Assembly (NCBI GenBank): GCA_030141605.1
Contig: JAQGDQ010000830.1
Span: 26,779 to 90,778, forward strand
Direction of reading: 5' to 3'
DNA: 64,000 nucleotides
From: Tubiluchus corallicola
Lineage: Eukaryota > Animalia > Priapulida
Below are positions 40,555 through 53,636 of this stretch, in pieces. The notes beneath the pieces are model-generated. The model saw nothing but the letters and a program-made list of their open reading frames with translations. It had not been told where the DNA came from and ran no database searches. Position numbers and translations under genes: made by a program. The number at the start of each line of letters is the position of its first letter. Position 1 is the first letter of the stretch.

Positions 40555-41149
40555 ATGAACAAGTTAACAGTTGTTTGTGCTTTAGCAGCGTTTATTCTTT
40601 GTTCATCACGAGAATGTCCCGATGACGTAATAAAAGTCAGTAAACGTGCAATTGCATGTGATTATGAAACAACGCGTTATGATTCTAACAAATGCGATGT
40701 TAATTGCAAGTTTATTTCTACTAGGCAAGATCTGGCAGAGATTGCTTCAAATCTAAGTGGAATCATTGATACACTAAATATTTTTGACTTTAAGGACACA
40801 GAATTGCCTGATGATTTCTTTAAAGGAAAAGAAGTTAAGTCTTTAAAGATAAGTTACTCTAATATAGAAACGTTAGGAGAAAATGCTATTGGTGGTGTAA
40901 CAAGAGAACAGCTAGCGTTTGAGTCGAACGAGAAGTTATCATCGATACATCCAAAGGCTTTTTACAAAGCTAAATTTTCTTCTCTTATCATAAGAGGAAG
41001 TTCAAGCTTGATAGGTGCACCAGAGTTCGACTTTTCCAATAACCCGAATTTTCAGTTCCTGAAGATATCCAGCAGTGGAATAGAAGGGCTGAAACCTCCA
41101 AAACTGCACAGGAGTGTTCTGATTAAAGACATTATGGTGAAATTAGAGG
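40555..41149 (+). CDS. LRR transmembrane protein, exon 1 (signal peptide, Cys-rich cap, LRRs)
   Basis: MNKLTVVCALAAFILCSS signal-like start; LRR-type segments (ELPDDFFKG, SLKISYSNIETLGENAIGG, LSSIHPKAF). Donor G|GTATGT after 41149, phase 1. Confidence 0.85.
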
Positions 41150-41574
41150 GTATGTACTATTTGAATATTATAGTTCTATATTAGTACTCACGGAACTAAT
41201 TAATTTAATTAAGTAATTGGAAACTCATGTGCAAGTTTTTCTAACTGTAGCATGGCACTGTTCTGTTCTATTTGATGAAGTTAGCATCTCCAGTTTGTGC
41301 ATTTGAAAGACATTAAAAAAGCCAGCTCTTGCGTGATTTTCACATAAGCGTTGAGAGATGCACCACTTCAATTTCAAGCTTGGATTGTGGTGTAAATTGC
41401 ATGGCAGTAAGTACTTGGTACCCGGGGGGGGGGGGGTTGCAGGAAGAAATAAAGAGTCCAAGGCAGGCAGGAGACCTTTGCATTACACGATTCTTCCAAT
41501 CAGTTCTTTCCCATAGTAACACGCTTGCATTCTTGACAGTGGTGTAAGCACAACCACATAGCGCCTAGTTCCAA

Positions 41575-42200
41575 ATGAGTTCAACTGATCCACCAGAAGT
41601 TGGTCCAGCGTCCAGGATTCAGTTAATCCTAACTAAGTTCAACTTATCCTTCAGAAGTTAGGACAAAAGTCCAGGATGCTACTAATTCCGTCTGAGTACA
41701 GCTGCCCACCAGAAGTCGGTCTAGAGGCCAGGATTCAGTTAATTCTAACTAAGTTCAACTTATCCTTCAGAAGTTGGTCCAGAGCCCAGGATTCAGTTAA
41801 TTCTAAGTTCAACTGATCCTTCAGAAGTTGGTCCAGAGCCCAGGATTCAGGTAATTCTAAGTTCAACTGATCATTCAGAAGTTGGCCCAGAGCCCAGGAT
41901 TCAGTTAATTCTAACGAAGTTCAACTGATCCTTCAGAAGTTGGTCCAGCGTCCAGGATTCAGTTACTTCTAACGAAGTTCAACTGATCCTTCAGAAGTTG
42001 GTCCAGAGCCCAGGATTCAGTTAATTCTAACGAAGTTCAACTGATCCTTCAGAAGTTGGTCCAGAGCCCAGGATTCAGTTAATTCTAACTGAGTTCAACT
42101 GATCCTTCAGAAGTTGGTCCACAGCGCCAGTACTTTGTCCAGCGTCCATGCTTTAGCTAATGCCGATTTAGTTCAACGAATCCTTTAGAAGTTAATCCAG
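41575..42200. repeat. ~58-bp intronic minisatellite
   Basis: Unit AGTTCAACTGATCCTTCAGAAGTTGGTCCAGAGCCCAGGATTCAGTTAATTCTAACGA. Confidence 0.93.
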
Positions 42201-42868
42201 TAACAAGAGGACGGTTTCACAAAGCTGTCACTAGGTTAACAATGTCGTTATTACATTCACTTAACCATTAATAAGAACGTCGTTGAGTTGGAGACGGCTA
42301 TGTGAAACTGGGCCCAGGATTCAGTTGCTTCCACAGTCAGATTCAGATTCAGGCTTATTTTATTTTCCTTACATACATATATATATATATATATCACATA
42401 TATATTCACATTTATAGTTGCATCAAAAACATGCATAATTGTAATAAACAAAAATAAAAGGAAATGCTAAATTCTGCAAAAAGCAAAACAAAACAAAAAC
42501 AAACAATATACAATTCTAGCACAGATTCATGAAATATACTGGATTCTGCCAATCAAGGATGCTATAATTTTACAATTTTAGCTAAAATTTTCATTAAAAA
42601 ACTAAATAAAAATAAAAAATCGGCAGCACAGCAAAACCAACTATCAAATGAATGATGAAATATCATACTTTGATGATGAATAATTTTACAGCTGTTTTTG
42701 TTATTTTTGTACATGCATCAATGAGAAAGAGAATCAAAATCACATAATTTTCACAATGTAAATTATAAAATTTTCCATCATTATTTTCATCACTTAAATT
42801 TCCAAACATCCAATTTAGGTGCTAAACAGACGCAGCGTTTTTTCTTTAACATTTTCCTTAATTTTCAG

Positions 42869-43317
42869 CAAATCCCAGACTGAGTTGTGACTGCGATTCT
42901 GTGTGGGTTAAAACTTGGACAAACAAGGACAGTTTAGTTGACTGTGGTTCGACATTCATTGCAAATGCTCAGTTCAAAGATTTCCGCTGCGCCCACCCTC
43001 CAACGCCGCCATCAATAACAACAACAACAACAACTACGAAGTCAGCATTCATTCTAGGAAGAGTGAGCGCTACAGCAAGCATAGCCATTGAAGCTGTCGA
43101 ATTTGCAGCTACGGCGAGTATCAGCGTGTCCACCAGTATGGTCATCGTCTCCATCGGCGTCGGCACTGGTTTGATATTGTTGATTTTGGGGGCTACATTA
43201 TTGGTCATTAAAATGAGGGAGAGAAATGAGAGACCGGCACAAGTTGCAACTTCAATGACGTGGAGTTCAGAAGTTTCTGAATCTTCTAGATCTAGTAAAG
43301 CCAGTAGCTCAGTGTAA
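42869..43317 (+). CDS. LRR transmembrane protein, exon 2 (LRRCT, Thr/Ser stalk, TM helix, short Ser-rich tail)
   Basis: Acceptor TTTTCAG|CA, phase 1 matching exon 1; the join reads KLEANPRLSCDCDSVWV. TM VIVSIGVGTGLILLILGATLLVI. Total 347 aa. Confidence 0.87.
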
Positions 43318-43849
43318 CCAAGAAAATATTGACTTGTAACCTGAGTGACTATAATAATAGTATTGACTAAGACTATAATAATAGTATTGACTAAGACTAT
43401 AATAACAGTATTGACTAAGACTATAATTTTCTGTGAGATGTTTTTCCCCTGAATTTTTTTTTACAAACTGTTGACGTTTTTTTAATGTTTTTGTTAGTTG
43501 TTTATTTTCCATAATTATTTGACATAAAATAAACGTTATTACAAACTTTCAAATGAGTTTTAAATTGTAAAATATAATTAAGTTTCTTTACGGGGCGAAA
43601 TGCCATTTATTTTCGACCCAGTTTACATTGTGTGTCGACGTACCGTGCAATGCCATTACATAGTGGTGTAGAATCTCACTGTGTATAACACTGTTGCTAG
43701 GACTGGCATCATCAGTTCAGTACGCTGACGGGCAGATGGTATGCAGTCGTGGCTAGGAAGAAAACTAATGTTAGGAAATTAGATCTTGCAACGCTAAAAA
43801 CAGATAATCAAAAATAATCTAAATAATCAATTAATTGATGTTTGTGATA

Positions 43850-43852
<3 letters not shown>

Positions 43853-43904
<52 letters not shown>

Positions 43905-43905
43905 T

Positions 43906-43962
<57 letters not shown>

Positions 43963-43996
43963 TGAGAGGGGAGGGAAGGAGAGACAGAGAGAGAAA
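43853..43996. repeat. (GA)n microsatellite
   Basis: Directly visible. Confidence 0.95.
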
Positions 43997-44069
43997 GAAT
44001 TTTTACGAACAACAGTAAGACATATACAACATACAGACAAGTTTTAAGGCTTGTAATCTCTGTAATCGT

Positions 44070-45378
44070 TGAGTTCTTGAGGTTGTAGTAGCAGCAGCAG
44101 CAGTCTCTTTGAAAGCTGCTGAGAGTTCTTGAGGTAGTAGTAGTAGCAGCAGCAGTCTCTTTGAAAGCTGATAAGAGTTCTTGAGGTAGTAGTAGCAGCA
44201 GCAGTCTCTGTGAAAGTTGCTGAGAGTTCTTGAGGCAGTACTAGTAGCAGCAACAGTCGCTGTGAAAGTTATGAGAGTTCTTGAGGTAGTAGTAGCAGCA
44301 GCAGCAGTCGCTGTGAAAGTTGCTGAGAGTTCTTGAGGTAGTAGTAGCAGCAGCAGTCTCTGTGAAAGTTGCTGAGAGTTCTTGAGGTAGTACTAGTAGC
44401 AGCAGCAGTCTCTGTGAAAGTTGCTGAGAGTTCTTGAGGTAGTACTAGTAGCAGCAGTCTCTGTGAAAGTTGCTGAGAGTTCTTGAGGTAGTAGTAGTAG
44501 TAGCAGCAGTCTCTGTGAAAGTTGCTGAGAGTTCTTGAGGTAGTAGTAGCAGCAGTCTCTGTGAAAGTTGCTGAGAGTTCTTGAGGTAGTAGCAGTAGCA
44601 GCAGTCTCTGTGAAAGTTGCTGAGAGTTCTTGAGGTACTAGTAGCAGCAGCAGTCTCTGTGAAAGTTGCTGAGAGTTCTTGAGGTAGTAGTAGTAGCAGC
44701 GGTCTCTGTGAAAGTTGCTGAGAGTTTTTGAGGTAGTACTTGTAGCAGCAACAGTCGCTGTGAAAGTTGCTGAGAGTTCTTGAGGTAGTAGTGGCAGCAG
44801 CGGCAGTCTCTGTGAAAGTTGCTGAGAGTTCTTGAGGTAGTACTAGTAGTAGCAGCAGTCTCTGTGAAAGTTGCTGAGAGTTCTTGAGGTAGTAGTAGCA
44901 GCAGCAGTCTCTGTGAAAGTTGCTGAGAGTTCTTGAGGTAGTACTAGTAGTAGCAGCAGTCTCTGTGAAAGTTGCTGAGAGTTCTTGAGGTAGTAGTAGC
45001 AGCAGCAGTCTCTGTGAAAGTTGCTGAGAGTTCTTGAGGTAGTACTAGTAGCAGCAGCAGTCTCTGTGAAAGTTGCTGAGAGTTCTTGAGGTAGTACTAG
45101 TAGCAGCAGCAGTCTCTGTGAAAGTTGCTGAGAGTTCTTGAGGTAGTACTAGTAGTAGCAGCAGCAGTCTCTGTGAAAGTTGCTGAGAGTTCTTGAGGTA
45201 GTACTAGTAGTAGCAGCAGTCTCTGTGAAAGTTGCTGAGAGTTCTTGAGGTAGTACTAGTAGTAGCAGCAGTCTCTGTGAAAGTTGCTGAGAGTTCTTGA
45301 GGTAGTAGTAGCAGCAGCAGCAGTCTCTGTGAAAGTTGCTGAGAGTTCTTGAGGTAGTACTAGTAGTAGCAGCAGCAG
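44070..45378. repeat. ~46-58-bp minisatellite with an internal variable (TAG)n(CAG)n tract
   Basis: Constant part TCTCTGTGAAAGTTGCTGAGAGTTCTTGAGG followed by variable TAG/TAC/CAG triplets; ~25 units. Confidence 0.94.
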
Positions 45379-45617
45379 GCAATATTTTCTTTAAGAACGA
45401 CTTGTTTTTCTTTCTTTTTGTTGTTCTACTTTTTATTTTTTGTATTTATGGACGTTTATGTATTTTTACTTGTCAGCCTGAGAAGGGTGGTTGATCTTTA
45501 TCCCCACCCTTTTTCCTATGTTTATTTGTATTTTTTATATTTTATTGTTAAATTAATGTAAATCTATGGAGAACAATAAAAAATTACGTACTTGCTTCTG
45601 CAGGCCATGCTAACAAG

Positions 45618-46057
45618 TAAGGGTCAGCATTCTCTACCAGAAAGCGAATTCGAATCGAACCGAATTTGTGACTTTCGAGTTCGAATCTAACCGAACTTCA
45701 GTGTTTCGAATTCGAACCGAATTCTAATTGAGATTAAACGATTTTCGAGCTAGTTTTCGAACCACTTGTAAAAATTAATCTTACAAAGATCATGCATATC
45801 ACTAGATTTTGTTCTGCAATAAAACGACTAGTAATTTGTTTAAAATTGTGCGCTGAAATAACAACTAAATTATGTTAATTGCATGATGTTTCAATCGTTT
45901 TAATGATCAGGAACATATGTGATTGAAGTGCTGAATTATTCGAATCTATAGTTTTGGATTCGAATCGAGTTCGAACTAAAAAAACCCGTTCGAATCGAAT
46001 TCGAGCGTTCGAATTCGATTCGAATGTTCGAACTCGAACGTTCGATGCTCACCCCTA
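45618..46057. mobile_element. hAT-type MITE with TTCGAA-rich subterminal repeats
   Basis: Imperfect TIR TAAGGGTCAGCAT / ATGCTCACCCCTA and 8-bp TSD CTAACAAG at 45610-45617 and 46058-46065. Confidence 0.88.
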
Positions 46058-46747
46058 CTAACAAGGCAAATATTGTCTTATTTAGTGTAATATGAACCTC
46101 GATGCTGACTATAGATCTGGAAATGCACTCTAACCGCGAAATTATCACTCGACCTCGATATATATTTGCGTGATGTAGCAGCTTGCAAAGATTTCGCTTC
46201 TTGCTTTCGTTCTATTGTAAAAACTAATTTGTGTTCGTTTAAACCGACGATTGTTTAGACTCAGTCTGATTTTAATTTAGTGTCCAAAATATGCACCTTC
46301 TTGGCTAGAAAAGTTAACAATTGTTCTTTATATTTGAATAATTAGCTTAGAAAGTTAATTAATGGCAACTGAACACAGCTATTACTTATGACAGAAACTA
46401 ACCACAGTTTGTGCGATGGCAGGCAGCTGTCTTTGCGCGTCAAGCAAGTCACGGAAAATGGACACTACGTCATATGACGTCAGAAACTAACACTGCAGTT
46501 TTTGATGAAGGTTATCATGCTACCGCTTTCTGTTTATCTGCCACGCGAATTTGACAAAAAGGCACCGCTGCCAATCTTAGTAGATTCACCGAGTCGCAAG
46601 TAACATTGAAAGTTTAACAAAATTTGAGTATCCGAGGTAATTTTTATTTAATCTAAGGTTTGATTTACAATAAGCTATTCCAGTTTTCAATATTTTAGAA
46701 CATTTTTTCTTCTGAACTCGTGAGCTTCTTTACTTGGCTATTTTCAT

Positions 46748-47080
46748 TTAAGCATCAGCTGGTTTATCATCAACTGGGTCAACATCGAGATGTGAAGCTT
46801 GTGGTTGTGCCGTAACTTCTTCTGTTCCATTCTGCTGTTCTCCAGTTGCATTATCATGTGATCTTTTTCGAACAACAATAAAACAGCATACAAGTGTAAT
46901 AATTATCAGTATTGTTGCAACGACTCCAGTTATAACCCCAATTTTCCAAACTGCCATATGCGTCTCAGGTGTTTCTGTTGCTGTTGTCTTTTCTGTCAAT
47001 GTTGTTGTTGTTGTCTTTTCTGTCAATGTTGTTGTTGTTGTCTTTTCTGTCAATGTTGTTGTTGTTGTCTTTTCTGTCAA

Positions 47081-47119
<39 letters not shown>

Positions 47120-47271
47120 CATCGTCGTAGGTGGTGAATCGCAATCAAAATCAGCAAGTGCAGCATGACGGATATTTGTGGGCCATGTACAGTCAACTAT
47201 GGTATCATCATTGTTCGTCCATGGCGGCATAACAATCCAGACCAAGTCGCAGTCACATCTCAGGTCGTTTG
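46748..47271 (-). CDS. Terminal exon of a paralogous LRR-TM gene (LRRCT, poly-Thr stalk, TM, acidic tail)
   Basis: Acceptor CTTTTAG|CA AAC GAC CTG AGA TGT GAC TGC GAC (NDLRCDCDLVW), with the same phase and position as exon 2 of the + gene. TM IGVITGVVATILIIITLVCCFIVV followed by RKR. No intact upstream exon was found. Confidence 0.82.
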
Positions 47272-47717
47272 CTAAAAGTTGAAAGAAAAACGTTCAAAAA
47301 TCGAGGCTAAATTTACATTGTACTTTGTGAATCTACAATAAACTTTACCTACATAGCAACGAGTAGTATATAAAACAATTAGTAAAAAAGAATTTGAAAT
47401 AATTGCAAATAGAAACCATGCAATCATGACGCAATCACACAGATTGGCATTTTTCTCATTTTCAGAAATTAGTGTCAAATTTGATCGGCTAAATACGGAG
47501 ATTTAGCTTTTCATTTGGAAACAGAGTTGGAATGAGTGTATGAATGGAAACAAGCACTAATATTGATGGCATCGTGTTGGCATATGTTGAGAAAGTGATG
47601 AAATTGAATTGGGAAACTGCTTTTGGAACGGGAATGCCTTATAATCAAATACAAAGTGGAGTGTTAGCTACTTGGCTAATGTCATTTGTAGTTGTTTAGC
47701 CAGTGTGTCAGTATTAT

Positions 47718-48297
47718 ACCTGTAGGGTGGTTCATCAGAACAGGTTGAACAGCAAAGCCTGCAGGGTGGTTCATCAGGACAGGTTGAACAGCAAAGCCTG
47801 TAGGATGGTTCATCAGGACAGGTTGAACAGCAAAGCCTGCAGGGTGGTTCATCAGAACAGGTTGAACAGCAAAGCCTGTAGGATGGTTCATCAGGACAGG
47901 TTGAACAGCAAAGCCTGCAGTGTGGTTCATCAGAACAGGTTGAATAGCAAAACCTGTAGGATGGTTCATCAGAACAGGTTAAATAGCAAAGCCTGCAGGG
48001 TGGTTCATCAGAACAGGTTGAATAGCAAAGCCTGCAGGGTGGTTCATCAGAACAGGTTGAATAGCAAAACCTGTAGGATGGTTCATCAGAACAGGTTGAA
48101 TAGCAAAGCCTGTAGGATGGTTCATCAGGACAGGTTGAGCAGCAGTACCTGTAGGATGGTTCCTCAGGACAGGTTGAACAGCAAAGCCTGCAGGGTGGTT
48201 CATCAGAACAGGTTGAACAGCAAAGCCTGTAGGATGGTTCATCAGGACAGGTTGAACAGCAAAGCCTGCAGTGTGGTTCATCAGAACAGGTTGAATA
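47718..48297. repeat. 39-bp minisatellite (~15 units)
   Basis: Unit CCTGCAGGGTGGTTCATCAGAACAGGTTGAACAGCAAAG. Confidence 0.94.
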
Positions 48298-49627
48298 GAC
48301 TGAAGTAAATATAAATATAAATGTAATATTATCCAGAAATTACAAAAGAGATTCTTATGCAGCATATACACGTGCAAATTACATTACAGAGTAATTTTGA
48401 TGCCTACAGTTTGAGCCTAAAAGCATAGCTTGACAGGCCAAACTGTACGTGGAAATCTTAAAGAAGTGATTAATAATTGAGATAATGATAATATATACAT
48501 AAAAGTGGGAGGAGTGAATGAAAGATAAAATGGAGTGAGAACTAAAAAAAACTGTGATCATGATTATAAAGTGTTCAGTAACCTGTTGAGCATAGTCACG
48601 CTTTATTAAGATTACTGTGGAAAAAGAATGCAGGTGATTACCATTATCAAACTGTGTTACTCTCAATACTTTTGAAATATTTCTTTTCTGACGATAATTT
48701 TAAAAGTTGAAAGGGATTGACTAAAGTACTTTTTAGTAACAAAGTACCACTGTCGCAATTAACTAACTTGAAAAAACTGTCACTTTAGTGATTTTGTGTC
48801 CTTTATTTCAACGTCTGCATACTTATTTGACGACGTAATTGCATGCATTTGAGATTTGTGAGTGGCTAACACCCCCCCTCCTCTATTGGATGAATGTCCC
48901 GTTTTATAAGATTCTCCGTTATAAGAACATAGAGTGTGTCTGGAAATGCCGGATCAGATTAAACAGGCCCTGTCGTTTAGAGCTGTATACTGACTTGGAA
49001 AATCTCGAACTGTATTCAAAAGTTCAGCCGATTTTGGTATAGAAATTGATCTTCTAATAAAGCTCCATCCACAGTACTTAAGGATTACAGCCAAATATGA
49101 ATGAAACAGCAGAAGACTGCTAGATGATGACACCGATGATCTTTATTATTTTGTTTTTGGTAATTTATCTTCTAATAAAGCTCCATCCACAGTAATTAAG
49201 GATTACAGCCAAACATGAATGAAACAGCAGAAGACCAGGCGCATGCGTACATCTCAACATACTGCCAGTTACATCGGAAGCAAAGCCATTCTATAGGCTC
49301 AATACAGTGGCGTCTCTCTAAATCATCTGTCATGAATATCTCATCACATTTGTACAGACGGTTACGGCTAAGGCTCACTTAATGTCGATTATTTCTAACA
49401 TAGTGACAAACATATGTCATAGATGTAGCAACGCCGATGTTTAGGGCCAACTGAAAAATGCAAAGAATTCGCTTCGTGCATCCAAGGCGGGCTGACGAGC
49501 AAGGAGTCATTCTATAGGAGCTAGGTCATCAATAAGTTATAGTTTATTCAGAATTTCTGTCAGATTTTCAGATCCAGGGTATCAATTCCTTACTTTTTTG
49601 TCTTTTTATTATTACATTATAATACAA

Positions 49628-50350
49628 TGTTGTTGTGTTGTGTTGTGTTGCATGTATTGCGTTGTATTGTGTTGCGTTACGTTTTGTGTTGTGTTGTGTT
49701 GTATTGTATTGCGTTGTATTGTGTTGAGTTACGTTTTGTGTTGTGTTGTGATGTGTTGTGTTGTATTGTGTTATGTCGTATTGTGTTGTGTTGTATTGTA
49801 TTGTGTTATATCGTATTGTGTTTCGTTTCGTTTTGTGTTGTGTTGTGTTGTATTGTGTTGCGTTGTATTGTGTTGCGTTACGTTTTGTGTTGTATTGTGT
49901 TGCGTTACGTTTTGTGTTGTGTTGTGTTGTATTGTATTGCGTTGTATTGTGTTGAGTTACGTTTTGTGTTGTGTTGTGATGTGTTGTGTTGTATTGTGTT
50001 ATATCGTATTGTGTTTCGTTTCGTTTTGTGTTGTGTTGTGTTGTATTGTGTTGCGTTGTATTGTGTTGCGTTACGTTTTGTGTTGTGTTTTGTGTTGTGT
50101 TGTATTACGTTGTATTGTGTTGTGTTGTGTTGTATTGTGTTATGTCGTATTGTGTTGTGCTGCGTTATCTTTTGTGTTGTATTACATTGTATTGTGTTGT
50201 GTTGTGTTTTGTGTTGTATTGCGTTGTATTGTGTTGCGCTGTGTTTTGTGTTGTGTTGTATTGTGTTATGTCGTATTGTGTTGTGTTGTATTGTATTGTA
50301 TTGTTTTATATTGTATTGTGTTTCGTTGTGTTTTGTGTTATATTGTGTTA
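49628..50350. repeat. Degenerate (TTGTG)n pentamer microsatellite
   Basis: Directly visible. Confidence 0.93.
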
Positions 50351-50507
50351 AATTGCGTGTTGCAGCAACAGAATTTACTCATTTGTGCAATTCTATGAAA
50401 AATACGGTATGATGAGTGTTTCACGTTTAAATATTGTCCGTCGGTAGTAAGAAAGTTTGGCATTCATTTACGAATTTTTGCACTTAAACATCTTGAAAAG
50501 CAAAGAG

Positions 50508-51575
50508 GTTTGTGGTGTACTAGAGGAAAGAACAAGTCACTCAGTGGGTTGGGTTCATCACTTAAACTGTTTGTAGTGTGCTAGAAAAAAGAACAAGTCA
50601 CTCAGTATGTTGGGTTCATTTTACTGTTATCACTTAAACTGTTTGTGGTGTGCTAGAGGAAAGAACAAGTCACTCAGTATGTTGGGTTTATTTTACTGTT
50701 ATCACTTAAACTGTTTGTGGTGTGCCAAAGGAAAGAACAAGTCACTCAGTATGTTGGGTTTATTTTACTGTTATCACTTAAATTGTTTGTGGTGTGCTAG
50801 AGGAAAGAACAAGTCACTCAGTATGTTGGGTTTATTTTACTGTTATCACTTAAACTGTTTGTGGTGTGCTAGAGGAAAGAACAAGTCACTCAGTATGTTG
50901 GGTTTATTTTACTGTTATCACTTAAACTGTTTGTGGTGTGCTAGAGGAAAGAACAAGTCACTCAGTATGTTGGGTTTATTTTACTGTTATCACTTAAATT
51001 GTTTGTGGTGTGCTAGAGGAAAGAACAAATCACTCAGTATGTTGGGTTTATTTACTGTTATCACTTAAACTGTTTGTGGTGTGCTAAAGGAAAGAACAAG
51101 TCACTCAGTATGTTGGGTTTATTTTACTGTTATCACTTAAACTGTTTGTGGTGTGCTAAAGGAAAGAACAAGTCACTCAGTATGTTGGGTTTATTTTACT
51201 GTTATCACTTAAACTGTTTGTGGTGTGCTAGAGGAAAGAACAAGTCACTCAGTATGTTGGGTTCATTTTACTGTTATCACTTAAACTGTTTGTGGTGTGC
51301 TAGAGGAAAGAACAAGTCACTCAGTATGTTGGGTTCATTTTACTGTTATCACTTAAACTGTTTGTGGTGTGCTAGAGGAAAGAACAAGTCACTCAGTATG
51401 TTGGGTTCATTTTACTGTTATCACTTAAACTGTTTGTGCTGTGCTAGAGGAAAGAACAAGTCACTCAGTATGTTGGGTTCATTTTACTGTTATCACTTAA
51501 ACGGTTTGTGGTGTGTTAGAGGAAAGAACAAGTTACTCAGTATGTTGGGTTCATTTTACTGTTATCATTTAAACT
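50508..51575. repeat. 72-bp minisatellite (~15 units)
   Basis: Unit GGTGTGCTAGAGGAAAGAACAAGTCACTCAGTATGTTGGGTTTATTTTACTGTTATCACTTAAACTGTTTGT. Confidence 0.95.
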
Positions 51576-52073
51576 TGGAAAAATATAACTAAGAAATTTG
51601 CAAAGAAACTGCCTATAAAACCTAAATCTAGAATATGCCACTTCTGAATAGAAATTTTCACGCGTAATGGTTGCCACCATTCACTTGAAAATTATAACGT
51701 AACTGGTAAACTTCGTGACTTTTCGTAACAGCGTCGTAGCTTTCCGTAAGCGCGTGCTGCTTAAACTAATTCAAACATCTACAGTTCGCGAAATGTTAAC
51801 AGGATGTACAGTTTTGAGTTAATAGATGTCATAGGGAAGAATAAATAAATAAATAATGACACTTTTTGACTTATTGAATGTCGCAAAGAAAAATAAATAT
51901 CGAAGATAAACATAAAAATTCTGCAAATTTTTGTTGGAATCTCGTTATTTACCTTTCAGTGAAAATCACTTGAAGCAATAAAGAAAGAAAAAATGACTTA
52001 CAAATGGCTAGAATAAATTTCTAACTTTGATATATTAATTATTAAATTATCCGGTTTGGCAAATAAATGTAAC

Positions 52074-52380
52074 TACATCAAAATGGAATTTGTTGCCGAC
52101 AGGTTTCGAACAAACTGTTCATTGTCAAGGCATCTAGAACAAAGAAATTTACCAGAATTTAGAAACATCGAAACACAATTCAGTAGTTAGATAGCCAAAA
52201 GATATCATTTTATAGATAATTTAACATTTTACCTTACAGACTACATATTCTGAATTGTTAAATTGTCCATCTAACTACTGAATTGTATTTCGAAAGTATT
52301 TCTGAATTTCTTTGTTTTAGACGCCTTGATAACGAACAATTTTGTTCGAAAACGTGGGCAGTAAATTCCACTTTGATGTA
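52074..52380. mobile_element. ~300-bp imperfect palindrome, possibly a Penelope-like inverted terminal remnant
   Basis: Arms TACATCAAAATGGAATTT...AATTCAGTAGTTAGAT and ATCTAACTACTGAATT...AAATTCCACTTTGATGTA. Each arm has CCTTGA-NAA-N-GAACA-loop-TGTTC-GAAA. Confidence 0.55.
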
Positions 52381-53532
52381 AATAATTATTATCTCACAGT
52401 TTTAGACTTGACTTTGATCATTTTTCGAACATATTTTTTATTTGTTCATATTGTAAAAGACTAAGGTGAAAAGACTAAAAAGTAGTCGTAATCATGGCTT
52501 AGCTGTTGAGTACCAGAGAGGAGTGTTCATACTTTATCGTATTGAAATCAGATACGAATAAATCATAGAGTTTTCGATAGAGTTGGCTTCTACTTGCAAT
52601 ATACAAAGAGCAATGCAATATTTTACGTGAATATTTTAGCATGATGTCCACACAAATAACTTTTACTAAGAAAGCGCAAAATGTCCAAAAGAAAAATCCT
52701 GCATTACGTGGTGCGAAAAACCAGAAATAAATTTATTCAGTATAAAGACGTGATTCAACAACAAAGAGAAGCAAATAATAGAAAAATAATTAACATATTA
52801 ACAGGCGAAAATTACAGTAGCTAAGCAAAAATATGACGTATTTCCAATAATCGCCTAATCGATTTCTGATCTAAAGCAAAATTAGCAGATTATTGTATTA
52901 ATTTACAAGACAAACGTAATTTAGTCTAAATTAATTAACAAAACTTGCAATTTGATGATTAAATGGCATCCTGGATAGTAAAAAACAATAACTAATAGGA
53001 TCACTAGAACTACGGCAGGTAGAAAGGCTATAATGCGTGTATACGTGTAAGTATGAACAGGTAAAACAGGTCATGCAAGTCACGTGACTATACCTAAAGT
53101 TGGCTTCTGATTGGCTGTAATGAATGACAAAGTTCAAACAGGTTGAAACAAAAAAGATTTGAGAAACGTTACCTAGGTGCCGCCACATTTACTAACAATA
53201 TTTCCATCAGTGTCTTTACAACCAAAGCTATATAGTTGTATAAAAAAAGCTGCAAAAAATCAAGGTTTAATTTATTTTTAATTTAAAAGGCTTAATAATT
53301 TTCAAAGTTTAATTAGTAAAATTCACATTTATTTGTCGTAATCTTTACAAGAGTTGATTACCAGCAGGACGAAAATGCAGTTGTTAGAAAAATTATTTTA
53401 AGCATATTTTGAGTAAAAATTTAGAAAATTATTTTTAGCGTATTTATCTACGATGTTCTGGGGCTAAATAATCTTCTTTTTCTCCATTGTTATGCTGTCA
53501 TGTTAATAAAATTAAGGCAACCACAAAAGCTA

Positions 53533-53554
53533 TGTCTGTCTGTCTGTCTGTCTT

Positions 53555-53636
<82 letters not shown>
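53533..53636. repeat. (TCTG)n microsatellite
   Basis: Directly visible. Confidence 0.95.

Noticed and set aside
44070-45378. CRISPR array
   Set aside because: Spacers are simple triplet runs, there are no cas genes, and the context is eukaryotic.
47280-47700. Degenerate LRR-like peptides upstream of the orphan exon (DYKAF, NSISSLSQHM, NLCDCVMIAW)
   Set aside because: Interrupted by stops with no consistent frame or splice sites; could be chance.
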